This document shows positions 39,080 to 48,349 of a stretch of 64,000 nt of DNA, in pieces. Below the pieces are notes generated by a model that was given only the letters and a program-made list of their open reading frames with translations, searched no databases and had not been told where the DNA came from. Within the stretch, counting starts at the first letter, position 1; each line of letters starts with the position of its first letter. Source of the DNA: Alphaproteobacteria bacterium (GTDB lineage Bacteria; Pseudomonadota; Alphaproteobacteria; RF32; CAG-239); the NCBI GenBank assembly GCA_045633945.1, contig JAZQZH010000016.1, forward strand, positions 7,620 through 71,619, written 5' to 3'. Made by a program: the position numbers and the translations under genes.

Positions 39080-39514
39080 ATGACATACGAAACCCCAGTA
39101 ATTAAAGGACAATTATTCGAAGATAAAACATTTTCTTTTCCTGTTCGCGTATATTACGAAGACACAGATGCAGGGGGTATAGTTTATTATGCTAATTACC
39201 TAAAATTTGCAGAAAGAGCTAGAACAGAGTTTTTGCGTCTTGTGGGTAAAAATCAAGACGACATGTTAAAACAACAAGGTTTAGGTTTTGTTGTAAAAGA
39301 TTGTCATATAAGCTATAAAACACCAGCAAAATTAGATGATGCACTAAATGTTACTTGCAAAGTAACAGAACTAAGAGGGGCATCACTAAAAATGGAACAA
39401 AAAATATATAAACAAGACACCATTATTTGTGAACTAGAAATAAATCTAGTATTTTTAAATATCACAACAATGCGACCAACTAAAATCCCACCAGAAATTG
39501 GGCAAATATTTTAA
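39080..39514 (+). CDS. ybgC: YbgC-type acyl-CoA thioesterase (hotdog fold)
   Basis: RVYYEDTDAGGIVYYANYLKF motif. Position right after ruvB. Confidence 0.88.
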   Translation: MTYETPVIKGQLFEDKTFSFPVRVYYEDTDAGGIVYYANYLKFAERARTEFLRLVGKNQDDMLKQQGLGFVVKDCHISYKTPAKLDDALNVTCKVTELRGASLKMEQKIYKQDTIICELEINLVFLNITTMRPTKIPPEIGQIF

Positions 39515-39575
39515 TAAGCACAAAACAATCACTCCCCAAGATTTTTTAGGGTGTTATTGTTTGATACTATGTCAG

Positions 39576-40688
39576 CTACTCTTCTTTATGTAAATAAACA
39601 GAAATACTAACCGATGAAATAATCATTGCCGGCGCCCACACCGCAAACCACGCAGGTATATACGCATTAACACCAAAAGAAGACACTACTTGCGATATAA
39701 AATACACACCAAACCCTGTTGCAATACCACAAACAATCATCCAAAACACTCCGCCTTGTCTCTGACTGGCTTTTAGAGAAAATATTCCCGCTACTAAAAC
39801 CATCGCCATCAATAAAAATGGCAAAGAAAGAAGTGCTAAATATCTCATCTTATACCTCAACACAGAAAAACCAGATGCTTCATAAAAATCTATAGTATCC
39901 TGCAAACTCCAAAAAGAAATTGCCTCTGGGTCGATAAAATTATCCTTAATTCTTTGTATATTCATTTCTGTTGGATACGCTATATTGTTTACAACTTCTA
40001 TCTCTTGACCGGCTCTATAAATTCTAACATCTCTCAAATTTAAGTAACCTTCCTCTAAAGTTGCCACAAAGCCATCAATCCTTCTTTTAATTTGAGTTTT
40101 TTCATCAACTTCCATTATACTAACATCATGTAACCACAACACGCCATCTTTTAAACTAAGATTATCTGCATTAATAACAACCACTCCTCCGCTACCATCG
40201 CGAGCCCCCTCTCTAATCCACAAACCCTTATTAGAAAACAAAAAGGCATTAGGATTATTTGTAGAAAGTCTATATGATAAAGTTTCTTTAAGCTCATACA
40301 TTTTTGAAGAAAAAGGATTTACTATAGTAACCCAAAAAACACCTATACCAAATACTGCTAATAAAACAGGCATCAAAACACCCCATATAGAAACCCCTGC
40401 CGCTCTAATTATAACAAACTCATTGGTTTTACTAATTTTCCAAAAAGTAATCATCGTTGCAATCATCACTATAAAAGGTATAACCCTATCAACCGTCTCA
40501 GGTAGCTTAGCCACAACATATTTTAGCAAAAACAATACTGAAACATCATTTCTTCCTGAGGTTCTGCGCAAAATCTCTATCATATCAAACATCATAATAA
40601 TCGCACATATAACTCCAAAAACAAACAAAAAGTTCAATATTGTTTGTTTAATCAAATATCCACCCAAAATAGAGTTTGGCTTCATCAT
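39576..40688 (-). CDS. lptG: LPS export ABC permease, LptG/LptF (YjgP/YjgQ) family
   Basis: 370 aa. Three N-terminal TM helices, a periplasmic beta-jellyroll-sized insert, and three C-terminal TM helices. Confidence 0.8.
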   Translation of the reverse strand: MMKPNSILGGYLIKQTILNFLFVFGVICAIIMMFDMIEILRRTSGRNDVSVLFLLKYVVAKLPETVDRVIPFIVMIATMITFWKISKTNEFVIIRAAGVSIWGVLMPVLLAVFGIGVFWVTIVNPFSSKMYELKETLSYRLSTNNPNAFLFSNKGLWIREGARDGSGGVVVINADNLSLKDGVLWLHDVSIMEVDEKTQIKRRIDGFVATLEEGYLNLRDVRIYRAGQEIEVVNNIAYPTEMNIQRIKDNFIDPEAISFWSLQDTIDFYEASGFSVLRYKMRYLALLSLPFLLMAMVLVAGIFSLKASQRQGGVFWMIVCGIATGFGVYFISQVVSSFGVNAYIPAWFAVWAPAMIISSVSISVYLHKEE

Positions 40689-40700
40689 ATCAAAAAATCC

Positions 40701-41624
40701 TTAAATATCATCAATAGAAAGATACCTTTCTATACTATCTGGTAAAATAACAACAATTCTTTTATTTGTAAAATCTTTTCTTTTAGCCACCTCTGTTGCA
40801 GCAAAAACAGCACCACCAGCAGATATACCTATTGGCAGCCCTTCAACTCTAGCCACTAGCTTCGTCATCTCCAATGCATCTTCATCCGAAACCGCTATAA
40901 CTTCATCAATAAGTTCTTTCTTATACAAAAGAGGAATAAATCCAGCACCAATCCCTTGAAGTTTATGGTCTCCTCTATTTTCTCCACTCAAAACAGCACT
41001 ACCTTTAGGCTCAACAGCAACAACATATAGATCTTTGTTATATGTTTTTAAAACAGAAGCAAGGCCGGTTATTGTGCCAGAAGTTCCAACCCCCGCAACC
41101 AACACATCAAAATCACCAGCGGTATCTTCCAAAATTTCCATTGCCGTCCCCATTCGATGAGCATTAGGATTAGCTTCATTTTCAAACTGGCTCAAAATAA
41201 CAACATTATCACTTCTTTGTTTTAAAATATTGGCCTTATTTATAGCCCCAATCACTCCCTCATCTGCAGGGGTTAAAATAACCTCAGCCCCAAGGTGTTT
41301 CATTAATTTTATTCTCTCCTTAGACATATTTTCAGGCATAACAATAATCAACTTATAACCCTTGGAAGCACAAACACCCGCAAGACCTATTCCGGTATTA
41401 CCAGACGTTGCCTCAACAAAAACAGTATCTTTGCTTATTCCCTTTTTTTCCTGTTCTTCAATCATAGACAAAGCTGTTCTGTCTTTTACTGAAAACAATG
41501 GATTATACATTTCACACTTTGCTAATATTTCAGCATTTAACCTCATTTTTGTTGTTAAATTTCCAAGCCTCAAAAGAGGTGTTTTACCAATTAGCTCTAC
41601 TATAGAATTAAATATTTTAACCAT
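40701..41624 (-). CDS. cysK: cysteine synthase (O-acetylserine sulfhydrylase)
   Basis: PLP-lysine motif NPLFSVKDR and the GTSGTITG loop; 307 aa. Confidence 0.92.
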   Translation of the reverse strand: MVKIFNSIVELIGKTPLLRLGNLTTKMRLNAEILAKCEMYNPLFSVKDRTALSMIEEQEKKGISKDTVFVEATSGNTGIGLAGVCASKGYKLIIVMPENMSKERIKLMKHLGAEVILTPADEGVIGAINKANILKQRSDNVVILSQFENEANPNAHRMGTAMEILEDTAGDFDVLVAGVGTSGTITGLASVLKTYNKDLYVVAVEPKGSAVLSGENRGDHKLQGIGAGFIPLLYKKELIDEVIAVSDEDALEMTKLVARVEGLPIGISAGGAVFAATEVAKRKDFTNKRIVVILPDSIERYLSIDDI

Positions 41625-41625
41625 A

Positions 41626-42270
41626 TTATTTATCGCCTAAAACATCATCTACAAAATCATTCAACCCAACTAGATTTTTCTTTTCGAGTCTTGTTGCGCA
41701 TATAATCGCTTTAGCCTCACTCACAGCTTTATCAAGATTATCGTTCACAACTACAAAATCATAATATTCACACTCTCTTATTCGCTTTTCAGCCATACTC
41801 ATTCTTTTCTCAATCACTTCTTTAGAATCAGTTCCCCTATTTTCCAATCTCTCTCTTAAAATCCTAACAGAAGGAGGAATAAAAGAAATAGCCTTAACAC
41901 GATTCCCAGCCAATTTCCTCAACTGCACAACCCCCGGATAATCCAAATCCAAAATAACATCCTTCCCCAAAGAAAGCAGATTATCTATTTTTTCTTTTGG
42001 TGTTCCATATTTTGGTCCAAAATCAGAATCAACATACTCATATAAAGCTTCATTTTTAACTAGGTTCTTAAATTCATCTTCAGATATAAAAAAGTAGTCA
42101 ACCCCATCTATTTCACCATCTCTTTTTGCTCTTGTTGTAACAGAAACAGATAGCTCAATATTATCTAGTTCTTTTAACAATCTTTTTATAACAGAACTTT
42201 TACCACCACCACTAGGAGCAGAAAAAATAAACATACTTCCTTGTCTTTGTATTTCTTTGTTTTTCATCAA
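41626..42270 (-). CDS. gmk: guanylate kinase
   Basis: SAPSGGGKSS P-loop, TTR..R.GE.DG.DY motif. Confidence 0.93.
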   Translation of the reverse strand: MMKNKEIQRQGSMFIFSAPSGGGKSSVIKRLLKELDNIELSVSVTTRAKRDGEIDGVDYFFISEDEFKNLVKNEALYEYVDSDFGPKYGTPKEKIDNLLSLGKDVILDLDYPGVVQLRKLAGNRVKAISFIPPSVRILRERLENRGTDSKEVIEKRMSMAEKRIRECEYYDFVVVNDNLDKAVSEAKAIICATRLEKKNLVGLNDFVDDVLGDK

Positions 42271-42366
42271 GTTATTCCCCTATAAAAACTATAATTCTTT
42301 ACAAAAGTTATAATCTAATATATAGCATAAAACATACAAATAAAGATTTATTTTAAGGATTACACC

Positions 42367-43128
42367 ATGATTATTAAAAATATCTTACTAACAGGCGCTT
42401 CATCTGGTATCGGCGAAGCTCTAGCTTTTTATTATGCAAAACAACCATCTACACAAAACCTCTATCTTTGTGGAAGAAACAAAGATAGACTAGATAAGGT
42501 TAAAGAAATTTGTCAAACACTTGGATCTGCAAAAGTTCACACAAAAATATTAGATGTAGCCCAAAGAGAAGATGTTGAAAAGTGGATTAACGAAGCAGAA
42601 AGCAACACCCCCCTTAATTTAATTTTTGCAAACGCTGGTGTTGCAACTCTAGAAGAAACACCTGAAAACATTCACAGAACTTTCAACATAAACATTATGG
42701 GGGCTCTAAACACTATAACCCCAGCTATAGAAATTTATAAAAAACGCAAAGATGCCAACAAAATTATTGCTATAACATCATCAATAGCTGGATACCATGG
42801 TTTACCTTCATGCCCATCTTATAGCGCATCAAAAGCATGCCTTAAAGCCTATGGCGAGTCTTTACGTTTAAGCCTATTAGAACACAACATACAAGTTAAC
42901 ACCATCTGCCCAGGTTTTGTTCGCTCTCGTATAACAGATAACAACAACTGCCCCATGCCATTTTTCATGGAGGCAGAGCCTGCAGCAGAACTTATTGCAA
43001 AAAGAATTGAAAAAAATATTGGATTAATCGCATTCCCTTGGCCAATGCGCTTTGCCACCTGGTTTTTAAGTATTTTACCAAACCGTATTAGTGATTTTAT
43101 ATATAAGCGACTACCACACAAGGTATAA
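42367..43128 (+). CDS. short-chain dehydrogenase/reductase
   Basis: TGASSGIGEALA cofactor motif and YSASK catalytic motif. Confidence 0.85.
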   Translation: MIIKNILLTGASSGIGEALAFYYAKQPSTQNLYLCGRNKDRLDKVKEICQTLGSAKVHTKILDVAQREDVEKWINEAESNTPLNLIFANAGVATLEETPENIHRTFNINIMGALNTITPAIEIYKKRKDANKIIAITSSIAGYHGLPSCPSYSASKACLKAYGESLRLSLLEHNIQVNTICPGFVRSRITDNNNCPMPFFMEAEPAAELIAKRIEKNIGLIAFPWPMRFATWFLSILPNRISDFIYKRLPHKV

Positions 43129-43291
43129 CATAGCTTAAATATTGTTTTTACCCATATTTTTCTTGACTTTTTAGGTTTTAAATATTAAAAACAATCAACT
43201 CTTTATGTGGTGCAGCATAAAGAAGCGTTTTTAATATGCACAAGTCCGCTTCAAATATGGAAGGTCTGGCATTTTTTTGAAAATTAAAATA

Positions 43292-44974
43292 ATGGCAAAT
43301 ACTGCAGAAATTATGATTCCTGAAATGACAGAAAGCTTCGCTGACTTGTTAAATGAACAATTCGGTGAAAAAGGTATTGTTGGTTCTGTTATGAAAGGAA
43401 CTGTTATCCGTGTAACTGATGACTTTGCAATCGTTGATGTTGGTTTAAAGTCTGAAGGACGCATTCCTTTACGTGAATTTGGTAGAAATGACGACATCAA
43501 TGTTGGTGACGTTGTAGAAGTTCTCGTTGATAGATACGAAGATAAAGATGGCAACATCGTATTATCTCGTGAAAAAGCTCGCCGTGAAGAAGTATGGCAA
43601 GATCTCGAAAAATTAATGAACAACAACGAAAGAGTTAACGGTGTTATCTTCGGTCGTGTTAAAGGTGGTTTCACTGTTGATCTTAACGGTGCTATTGCTT
43701 TCTTACCTGGTTCACAAATCGATATTCGCCCAATTAAGGATATTGCTCCATTAATGGGTATTTCTCAACCATTCCAAATCTTAAAAATGGATAAGGTTCG
43801 TGGCAACATCGTTGTATCTCGCCGTGTTGTATTAGAAGAAACACGCGCATCTGCTAGAGCAGAACTCATCGACACAATCAAAGAAGGTGCAGTTCTTGAA
43901 GGTATTGTTAAAAACCTCACAGAATATGGTGCATTTATTGATTTAGGTGGTGTTGATGGCTTGTTACACGTAACAGATATTTCTTGGAAGAGAATTAACC
44001 ACCCAGCAGAACTCTTGTCTTTAGGTCAAACAATTAAAGTACAAGTTATTAAATTCAATGAAGATACTCAACGCATCAGCCTTGGTATGAAACAATTAGA
44101 AAACGACCCATGGCAAGCTGTTGCAGACAAATTCCAAGTTGGTGAAATTTACAACGGTAAAGTTACAAACATCACTGACTACGGTGCATTCATTGAGTTA
44201 GAAGATGGTATTGAAGGTTTAGTACATGTATCAGAAATGAGCTGGACACGTAAAAATGTTCACCCAGGAAAGATTGTTTCAACATCTCAAGAAGTTGAAG
44301 TAAAAGTACTAGAAGTTGATATCGACAAGCGTCGTATTAGTCTTGGTATCAAACAATGCACTCCTAACCCATGGGCTGCATACATTGAAGAACACCCACT
44401 TGGTTCAGTTATTGAAGGTAAAATCAAAAACATCACAGAATTTGGTTTATTTATTGGTTTATCTGATGAAATTGATGGTATGATTCACTTATCAGATATT
44501 TCTTGGGAAAAATCTGGTGAAGAAGCTGTCAAAGACTACACCAAAGGTCAAACAATTGAAGCCAAAATCATCGATGTTGATGTAGAAAAAGAACGCATCA
44601 GCCTTGGTATTAAGCAAATGTCTGAAAACAATATTGCTATGACATTAGAAACTTTGAAAAAAGGTGACATTGTTAAAGCTATTGTAACAGGCGCTGATGA
44701 CAAAGGCGTACAAGTAACAGTTCAAGGTGTTTCTGCTACAATTAAAAAAGCAGACTTATCTAAAGAAAATAACGACCCATTAAGCTACAACGAAGGCGAT
44801 GTATTAGAAGCTAAATTAACTTCTGTTGATCGCAAAAATGCCAAATTAGGCCTTTCAGTTAAAGCTTTTGAAGCAGAAGAAGAAAAGAAAGCTATTGAAG
44901 AATATTCAAATGCTCAATCTTCTGGTTCTGCTTTGGGTGATGCTTTAGGTGAAGCATTGAAGAATAAAGAATAA
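43292..44974 (+). CDS. rpsA: 30S ribosomal protein S1
   Basis: Six S1 repeats (G.V..IT.YGAFI.L..GI.GL.H.SE.SW type). I prefer the ATG at 43292 over the TTG at 43277. Confidence 0.95.
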   Translation: MANTAEIMIPEMTESFADLLNEQFGEKGIVGSVMKGTVIRVTDDFAIVDVGLKSEGRIPLREFGRNDDINVGDVVEVLVDRYEDKDGNIVLSREKARREEVWQDLEKLMNNNERVNGVIFGRVKGGFTVDLNGAIAFLPGSQIDIRPIKDIAPLMGISQPFQILKMDKVRGNIVVSRRVVLEETRASARAELIDTIKEGAVLEGIVKNLTEYGAFIDLGGVDGLLHVTDISWKRINHPAELLSLGQTIKVQVIKFNEDTQRISLGMKQLENDPWQAVADKFQVGEIYNGKVTNITDYGAFIELEDGIEGLVHVSEMSWTRKNVHPGKIVSTSQEVEVKVLEVDIDKRRISLGIKQCTPNPWAAYIEEHPLGSVIEGKIKNITEFGLFIGLSDEIDGMIHLSDISWEKSGEEAVKDYTKGQTIEAKIIDVDVEKERISLGIKQMSENNIAMTLETLKKGDIVKAIVTGADDKGVQVTVQGVSATIKKADLSKENNDPLSYNEGDVLEAKLTSVDRKNAKLGLSVKAFEAEEEKKAIEEYSNAQSSGSALGDALGEALKNKE

Positions 44975-44993
44975 TCTTCAACAAAACACTAAA

Positions 44994-45029
44994 AACCCCT
45001 CAGGTATCTACTTGAGGGGTTTCTTTTTA
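44994..45029. terminator. terminator between convergent rpsA and the small secreted-protein gene
   Basis: AACCCCTCA...TGAGGGGTT 9-bp stem followed by TTCTTTTT. Confidence 0.75.
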
Positions 45030-45033
45030 TACA

Positions 45034-45294
45034 CTAATTATCACTTTCAATAACAACTGTATCATCTTCTTCCAAAACAGGCACCATAGAACTAGAAGAC
45101 TGTGTAGGAGCAACCATAACACCTTCATCTTCTGGTAAAGGTTGCATATCAGTATCACCTGGCGATGATGGTGTAATTGTTTCAGAAATTACAACACCGC
45201 TAATGTACCCTGATTCATCATTTTCAGCAATAGCTTTATTAACAAATAACGCTATCGCTACAACAGACAAGCACCCTAAAAAAAATTTAAACAT
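45034..45294 (-). CDS. small secreted acidic Ser/Pro-rich protein
   Basis: Signal peptide MFKFFLGCLSVVAIALFVNKAIA-E, then a low-complexity acidic region. The start at 45294 is preferred over 45321. Confidence 0.45.
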   Translation of the reverse strand: MFKFFLGCLSVVAIALFVNKAIAENDESGYISGVVISETITPSSPGDTDMQPLPEDEGVMVAPTQSSSSMVPVLEEDDTVVIESDN

Positions 45295-45350
45295 TATAAA
45301 ATCCTCCATATTAAAAAACAAAACAGATATAATGTTAGTTTTGCTTTTTT

Positions 45351-45380
45351 CAACAAAAAAACGGTGGAAAAATCCACCGT
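45351..45380 (-). terminator. intrinsic terminator after the OMP gene 45385..45975
   Basis: ACGGTGGA/TCCACCGT 8-bp stem with a T-run on the minus strand. Confidence 0.7.
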
Positions 45381-45384
45381 AATT

Positions 45385-45975
45385 TTAGAAATAAAACCTC
45401 ATGCCTCCGTTTATCAGCCACCCCCAGCAATTTTTGCCTCTACCACCAAAAGGCATTGTTTGGTAGCGCGCATCCACATACAAACCAAAACGACTTGTAA
45501 TATCAACCGCTCCAGATAGACCAAAACCAAAATAAGGCTTCTCGTGATGTCTATAAAAACGTCCGTCGCAACCATAATTATAACAACAATAATCATAGAA
45601 GCAACAATCGTATCCCCTGTGCCAATCCTCCTGTAAAGAATAACCTGTACTAACAATAGCTGCAAGATATCCCCTATCACCCTGAATAAACTTCATACCA
45701 AGATTAACACCAACAGTCATGGTTGATAAATCCTTATGGTCTAAGCCATTACTCTGTTTCATAGATAAATATGAAACTTCAGCCTCACCAAGGATAAAAC
45801 TATACTCTGCACCAACCCTCAGACTAGCAATCGGAGATGTTTGTCCTTTAACAATCGATACACCTGAGCCAAAAGACAAATAAACACCATCATAGCGATC
45901 TTGAGCAACCGCTCTTTCTGAACAAACGACACCAGCAACAAACATTGCTAATATCGCAAAAACATAACTTCTCAT
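45385..45975 (-). CDS. small outer-membrane beta-barrel protein with a Cys/Tyr-rich loop
   Basis: Signal peptide ending AVA-Q, amphipathic strands, C-terminal ...GGMRFYF. One loop reads GYDCCFYDYCCYNYGCDG. No SD upstream. Confidence 0.65.
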   Translation of the reverse strand: MRSYVFAILAMFVAGVVCSERAVAQDRYDGVYLSFGSGVSIVKGQTSPIASLRVGAEYSFILGEAEVSYLSMKQSNGLDHKDLSTMTVGVNLGMKFIQGDRGYLAAIVSTGYSLQEDWHRGYDCCFYDYCCYNYGCDGRFYRHHEKPYFGFGLSGAVDITSRFGLYVDARYQTMPFGGRGKNCWGWLINGGMRFYF

Positions 45976-46030
45976 ATATAAATAATTTTTAATTTCAAAA
46001 GTATTATAGCACTATTTTTTATCTTTTTCA

Positions 46031-46069
46031 ACAAAAAAGCAGAGAAATGGAAAAAACCATTTTCTCTGC
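46031..46069 (-). terminator. intrinsic terminator after the OMP gene 46079..47098
   Basis: GCAGAGAAATGG/CCATTTTCTCTGC long stem with a T-run on the minus strand. Confidence 0.7.
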
Positions 46070-46078
46070 TAATTAATA

Positions 46079-47098
46079 CTAAAAAGCCTTCAAGGCTCTC
46101 AGCTCCTTGTTCGAGATGTTCTTAACCCTGTTCTTATAAAGACCAAAGTTAAATGACGTTCTCACATAGAGCGAACTGCTCGTGATCGGGCTCTCGTTAA
46201 GCACGATACCACTATGGTATCTCCAGCCAACATCGAACGAGACACTATTACCCGTTGCAAACATACGATACTCATATCGAATACCTGCAGTTGGATAAAG
46301 ATAGTTGCCCCATGATGTGATAAAGGTCTCATAATTTCCATCTATCACTGGTACGCTGTTAGTTCCGTAATACTCAAAACCCAAACCAGCAAAGGCAAAT
46401 AATCTGTGCTGATCAAAAGCATCAAGCTTAAATGGGCGAACACCAAAAATAAGCTCTGTTCGATAAGTATTATACCTCTTGCCTGGGTTTGCAGAATACT
46501 CCGTAAACTTTGACCAGCCGTACTCAGCGCTAAGACCAACAGTCCAATAGGGCTGTGAAAATCTAACACCAACACCACCAATCGGCGAAACAAGATCAGA
46601 AGAAACCTGACATCCAGCATAGATGTTAAGGTCCCAACCATACTTATCTGCAGCCTTTTGGACAATCTTACCAGCATCCTTATCGTCATCTGAAACACCT
46701 TTAAGCCCATCAACATAAGCGTAATAAGTATCTCTAAATCTATCATTATACAAACTCTCTACAACACGTGTATCAAGCTGCTTCTGATAAAGACCCTCTT
46801 CATCAAGATAAACCTCACGCACCACAAAAGTATCGTTAGCCATCTTAAATCGCCCATCGCTGCCAACGAAATACTTTGAAACATAGTACGTTGTAGAAGA
46901 ATCAAAAACCTCAATTCTGTTTACAACACGCAAGGTGTCTTTAGAATGTTCTGTCAGATACCCCTTAATCGAAGCCTCCGACCACTCATTGGTATGAAGT
47001 GTCATACCATTAATAACTCTAGACTCTTGAGCACTTGCGCTTACAGCAACAAATGCAAGGACTACCATCATTGTAGCCTTAACAAATAAATTTCTCAT
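46079..47098 (-). CDS. outer-membrane beta-barrel protein (339 aa)
   Basis: Signal peptide MRNLFVKATMMVVLAFVAVSASA-Q is identical to that of 47375..48109. The C-terminal half is beta-barrel-like. No SD upstream. GC-richer than its surroundings. Confidence 0.65.
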   Translation of the reverse strand: MRNLFVKATMMVVLAFVAVSASAQESRVINGMTLHTNEWSEASIKGYLTEHSKDTLRVVNRIEVFDSSTTYYVSKYFVGSDGRFKMANDTFVVREVYLDEEGLYQKQLDTRVVESLYNDRFRDTYYAYVDGLKGVSDDDKDAGKIVQKAADKYGWDLNIYAGCQVSSDLVSPIGGVGVRFSQPYWTVGLSAEYGWSKFTEYSANPGKRYNTYRTELIFGVRPFKLDAFDQHRLFAFAGLGFEYYGTNSVPVIDGNYETFITSWGNYLYPTAGIRYEYRMFATGNSVSFDVGWRYHSGIVLNESPITSSSLYVRTSFNFGLYKNRVKNISNKELRALKAF

Positions 47099-47217
47099 AG
47101 TTTATGATTGTTTTTTTAATTTATTCAAAAAAACACATTGATCTAATTTAAAGCTCTTAATGATTGACTCTTTATTGGTAAGACAATTTCACAATAACTT
47201 CTAAAATAATCAACATG
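47027..47217. repeat. direct repeat copy A (191 bp): 119 bp upstream region plus 24 signal-peptide codons
   Basis: By-eye alignment with 48038-48227 gave one substitution (47152 A vs 48163 G) and one 1-nt indel near 47200. Confidence 0.9.
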
Positions 47218-47338
47218 TCACATATTTTAACACCACGATTTTACCATATATATTTTATATTTTCAACACCTTTTTGCCAAAATTGTCAAAATTTATCTAA
47301 AAAACATAGTATTTAAACAAAACACATCGTATTTAAAA

Positions 47339-47364
47339 TAAAAAAGGGTGAGATAACTCACCCT
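47339..47364 (-). terminator. intrinsic terminator after the OMP gene 47375..48109
   Basis: GGGTGAG-ATAA-CTCACCC hairpin with a T-run on the minus strand. Confidence 0.7.
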
Positions 47365-47374
47365 AAACACGCTA

Positions 47375-48109
47375 CTACTTAGGTCTAAACATAAACGCAA
47401 CACCCGTGTTTATATATGGACCCGAGTGCTTAAAGTCTTGCTTACCATGAGAGTGAATAACTCTCGGATAGATATTATATCCACCCTCGCAAACAAACTT
47501 TACTCTAGGAGCCAAACTTGCAGATATTCTAAGACCAGCGCCACCAGTAAAACCAAAGTTTTTTGAATAGAACTGAGCCTCTCTTTTATCTGTCTGTTGC
47601 AAACCATAGCCAGCACCAACAACTATCGCTAAATAATTGCGACAAAGTCTGTCCTGCCATATCTTGTAACCAAAGTTTGCTCTAAACTGCCAAGTCGCAT
47701 AGTTGGTGCCGTAGCCCAACGACTCAACAGTATGTTTTTGGCGAGAAAACGTTGCCTCAACTTCAACAATCTGATGACACGTTTCAAACATACCTCTAAG
47801 AGTAACACTTGGATTTAACTGGCGATCAACATAGTTGCAACCTACAAGAGGCACAATACTAAAGTTGTGTCGTTGCCATCCAAGCATATTACGGTGCTCA
47901 GGATCAAAGACTCTAGTATCCCCTCTAAGAATACTCTCCTGCTCAGTCATGGTCAGCGAATCTGTTGTAGTATTTCTATACCTCTCAGCAATTCGAAGTT
48001 CTAGTTGCTTTTTTCCAGAAACTTTAACCCCTTCATTTTGAGCACTTGCGCTTACAGCAACAAATGCAAGGACTACCATCATTGTAGCCTTAACAAATAA
48101 ATTTCTCAT
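47375..48109 (-). CDS. outer-membrane beta-barrel protein (244 aa)
   Basis: Same 24-aa signal peptide as 46079..47098, but the mature part is unrelated. Beta-strand pattern present. No SD upstream. Confidence 0.65.
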   Translation of the reverse strand: MRNLFVKATMMVVLAFVAVSASAQNEGVKVSGKKQLELRIAERYRNTTTDSLTMTEQESILRGDTRVFDPEHRNMLGWQRHNFSIVPLVGCNYVDRQLNPSVTLRGMFETCHQIVEVEATFSRQKHTVESLGYGTNYATWQFRANFGYKIWQDRLCRNYLAIVVGAGYGLQQTDKREAQFYSKNFGFTGGAGLRISASLAPRVKFVCEGGYNIYPRVIHSHGKQDFKHSGPYINTGVAFMFRPK

Positions 48110-48227
48110 AGTTTATGATTGTTTTTTTAATTTATTCAAAAAAACACATTGATCTAATTTAAGGCTCTTAATGATTGACTCTTTATTGGTAAGACAATTT
48201 CACAATAACTCTAAAATAATCAACATG
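48038..48227. repeat. direct repeat copy B (190 bp)
   Basis: See copy A. Offset is 1011 bp, becoming 1010 bp after the indel. Weaker homology continues to about 48350 (vs about 47341 in copy A). Confidence 0.9.
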
Positions 48228-48349
48228 CTATAGTATTTAACATCACAACAATATCACATTTCTTTTATATTTTCAATATATTTTTTGCCAAAATTGTCAA
48301 AAATATATTTAAATATAGTATTTAAATAAAATGCACTGTATTTAAAATA

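Noticed and set aside
43231-43674. 147-aa minus-strand ORF overlapping the 5' end of rpsA
   Set aside because: It is antisense to the S1 repeats. The Ser/Thr/Pro-rich translation is characteristic of a reverse frame of a GT-rich, highly expressed gene.
36433-46746. Same-strand alternative-frame ORFs inside the porin and OMP genes (36433..36726, 45414..45680, 46345..46746)
   Set aside because: They are nested in frames that lack signal peptides or motifs, whereas the main frames show signal peptides and beta-barrel termini. I have no evidence for overlapping genes.
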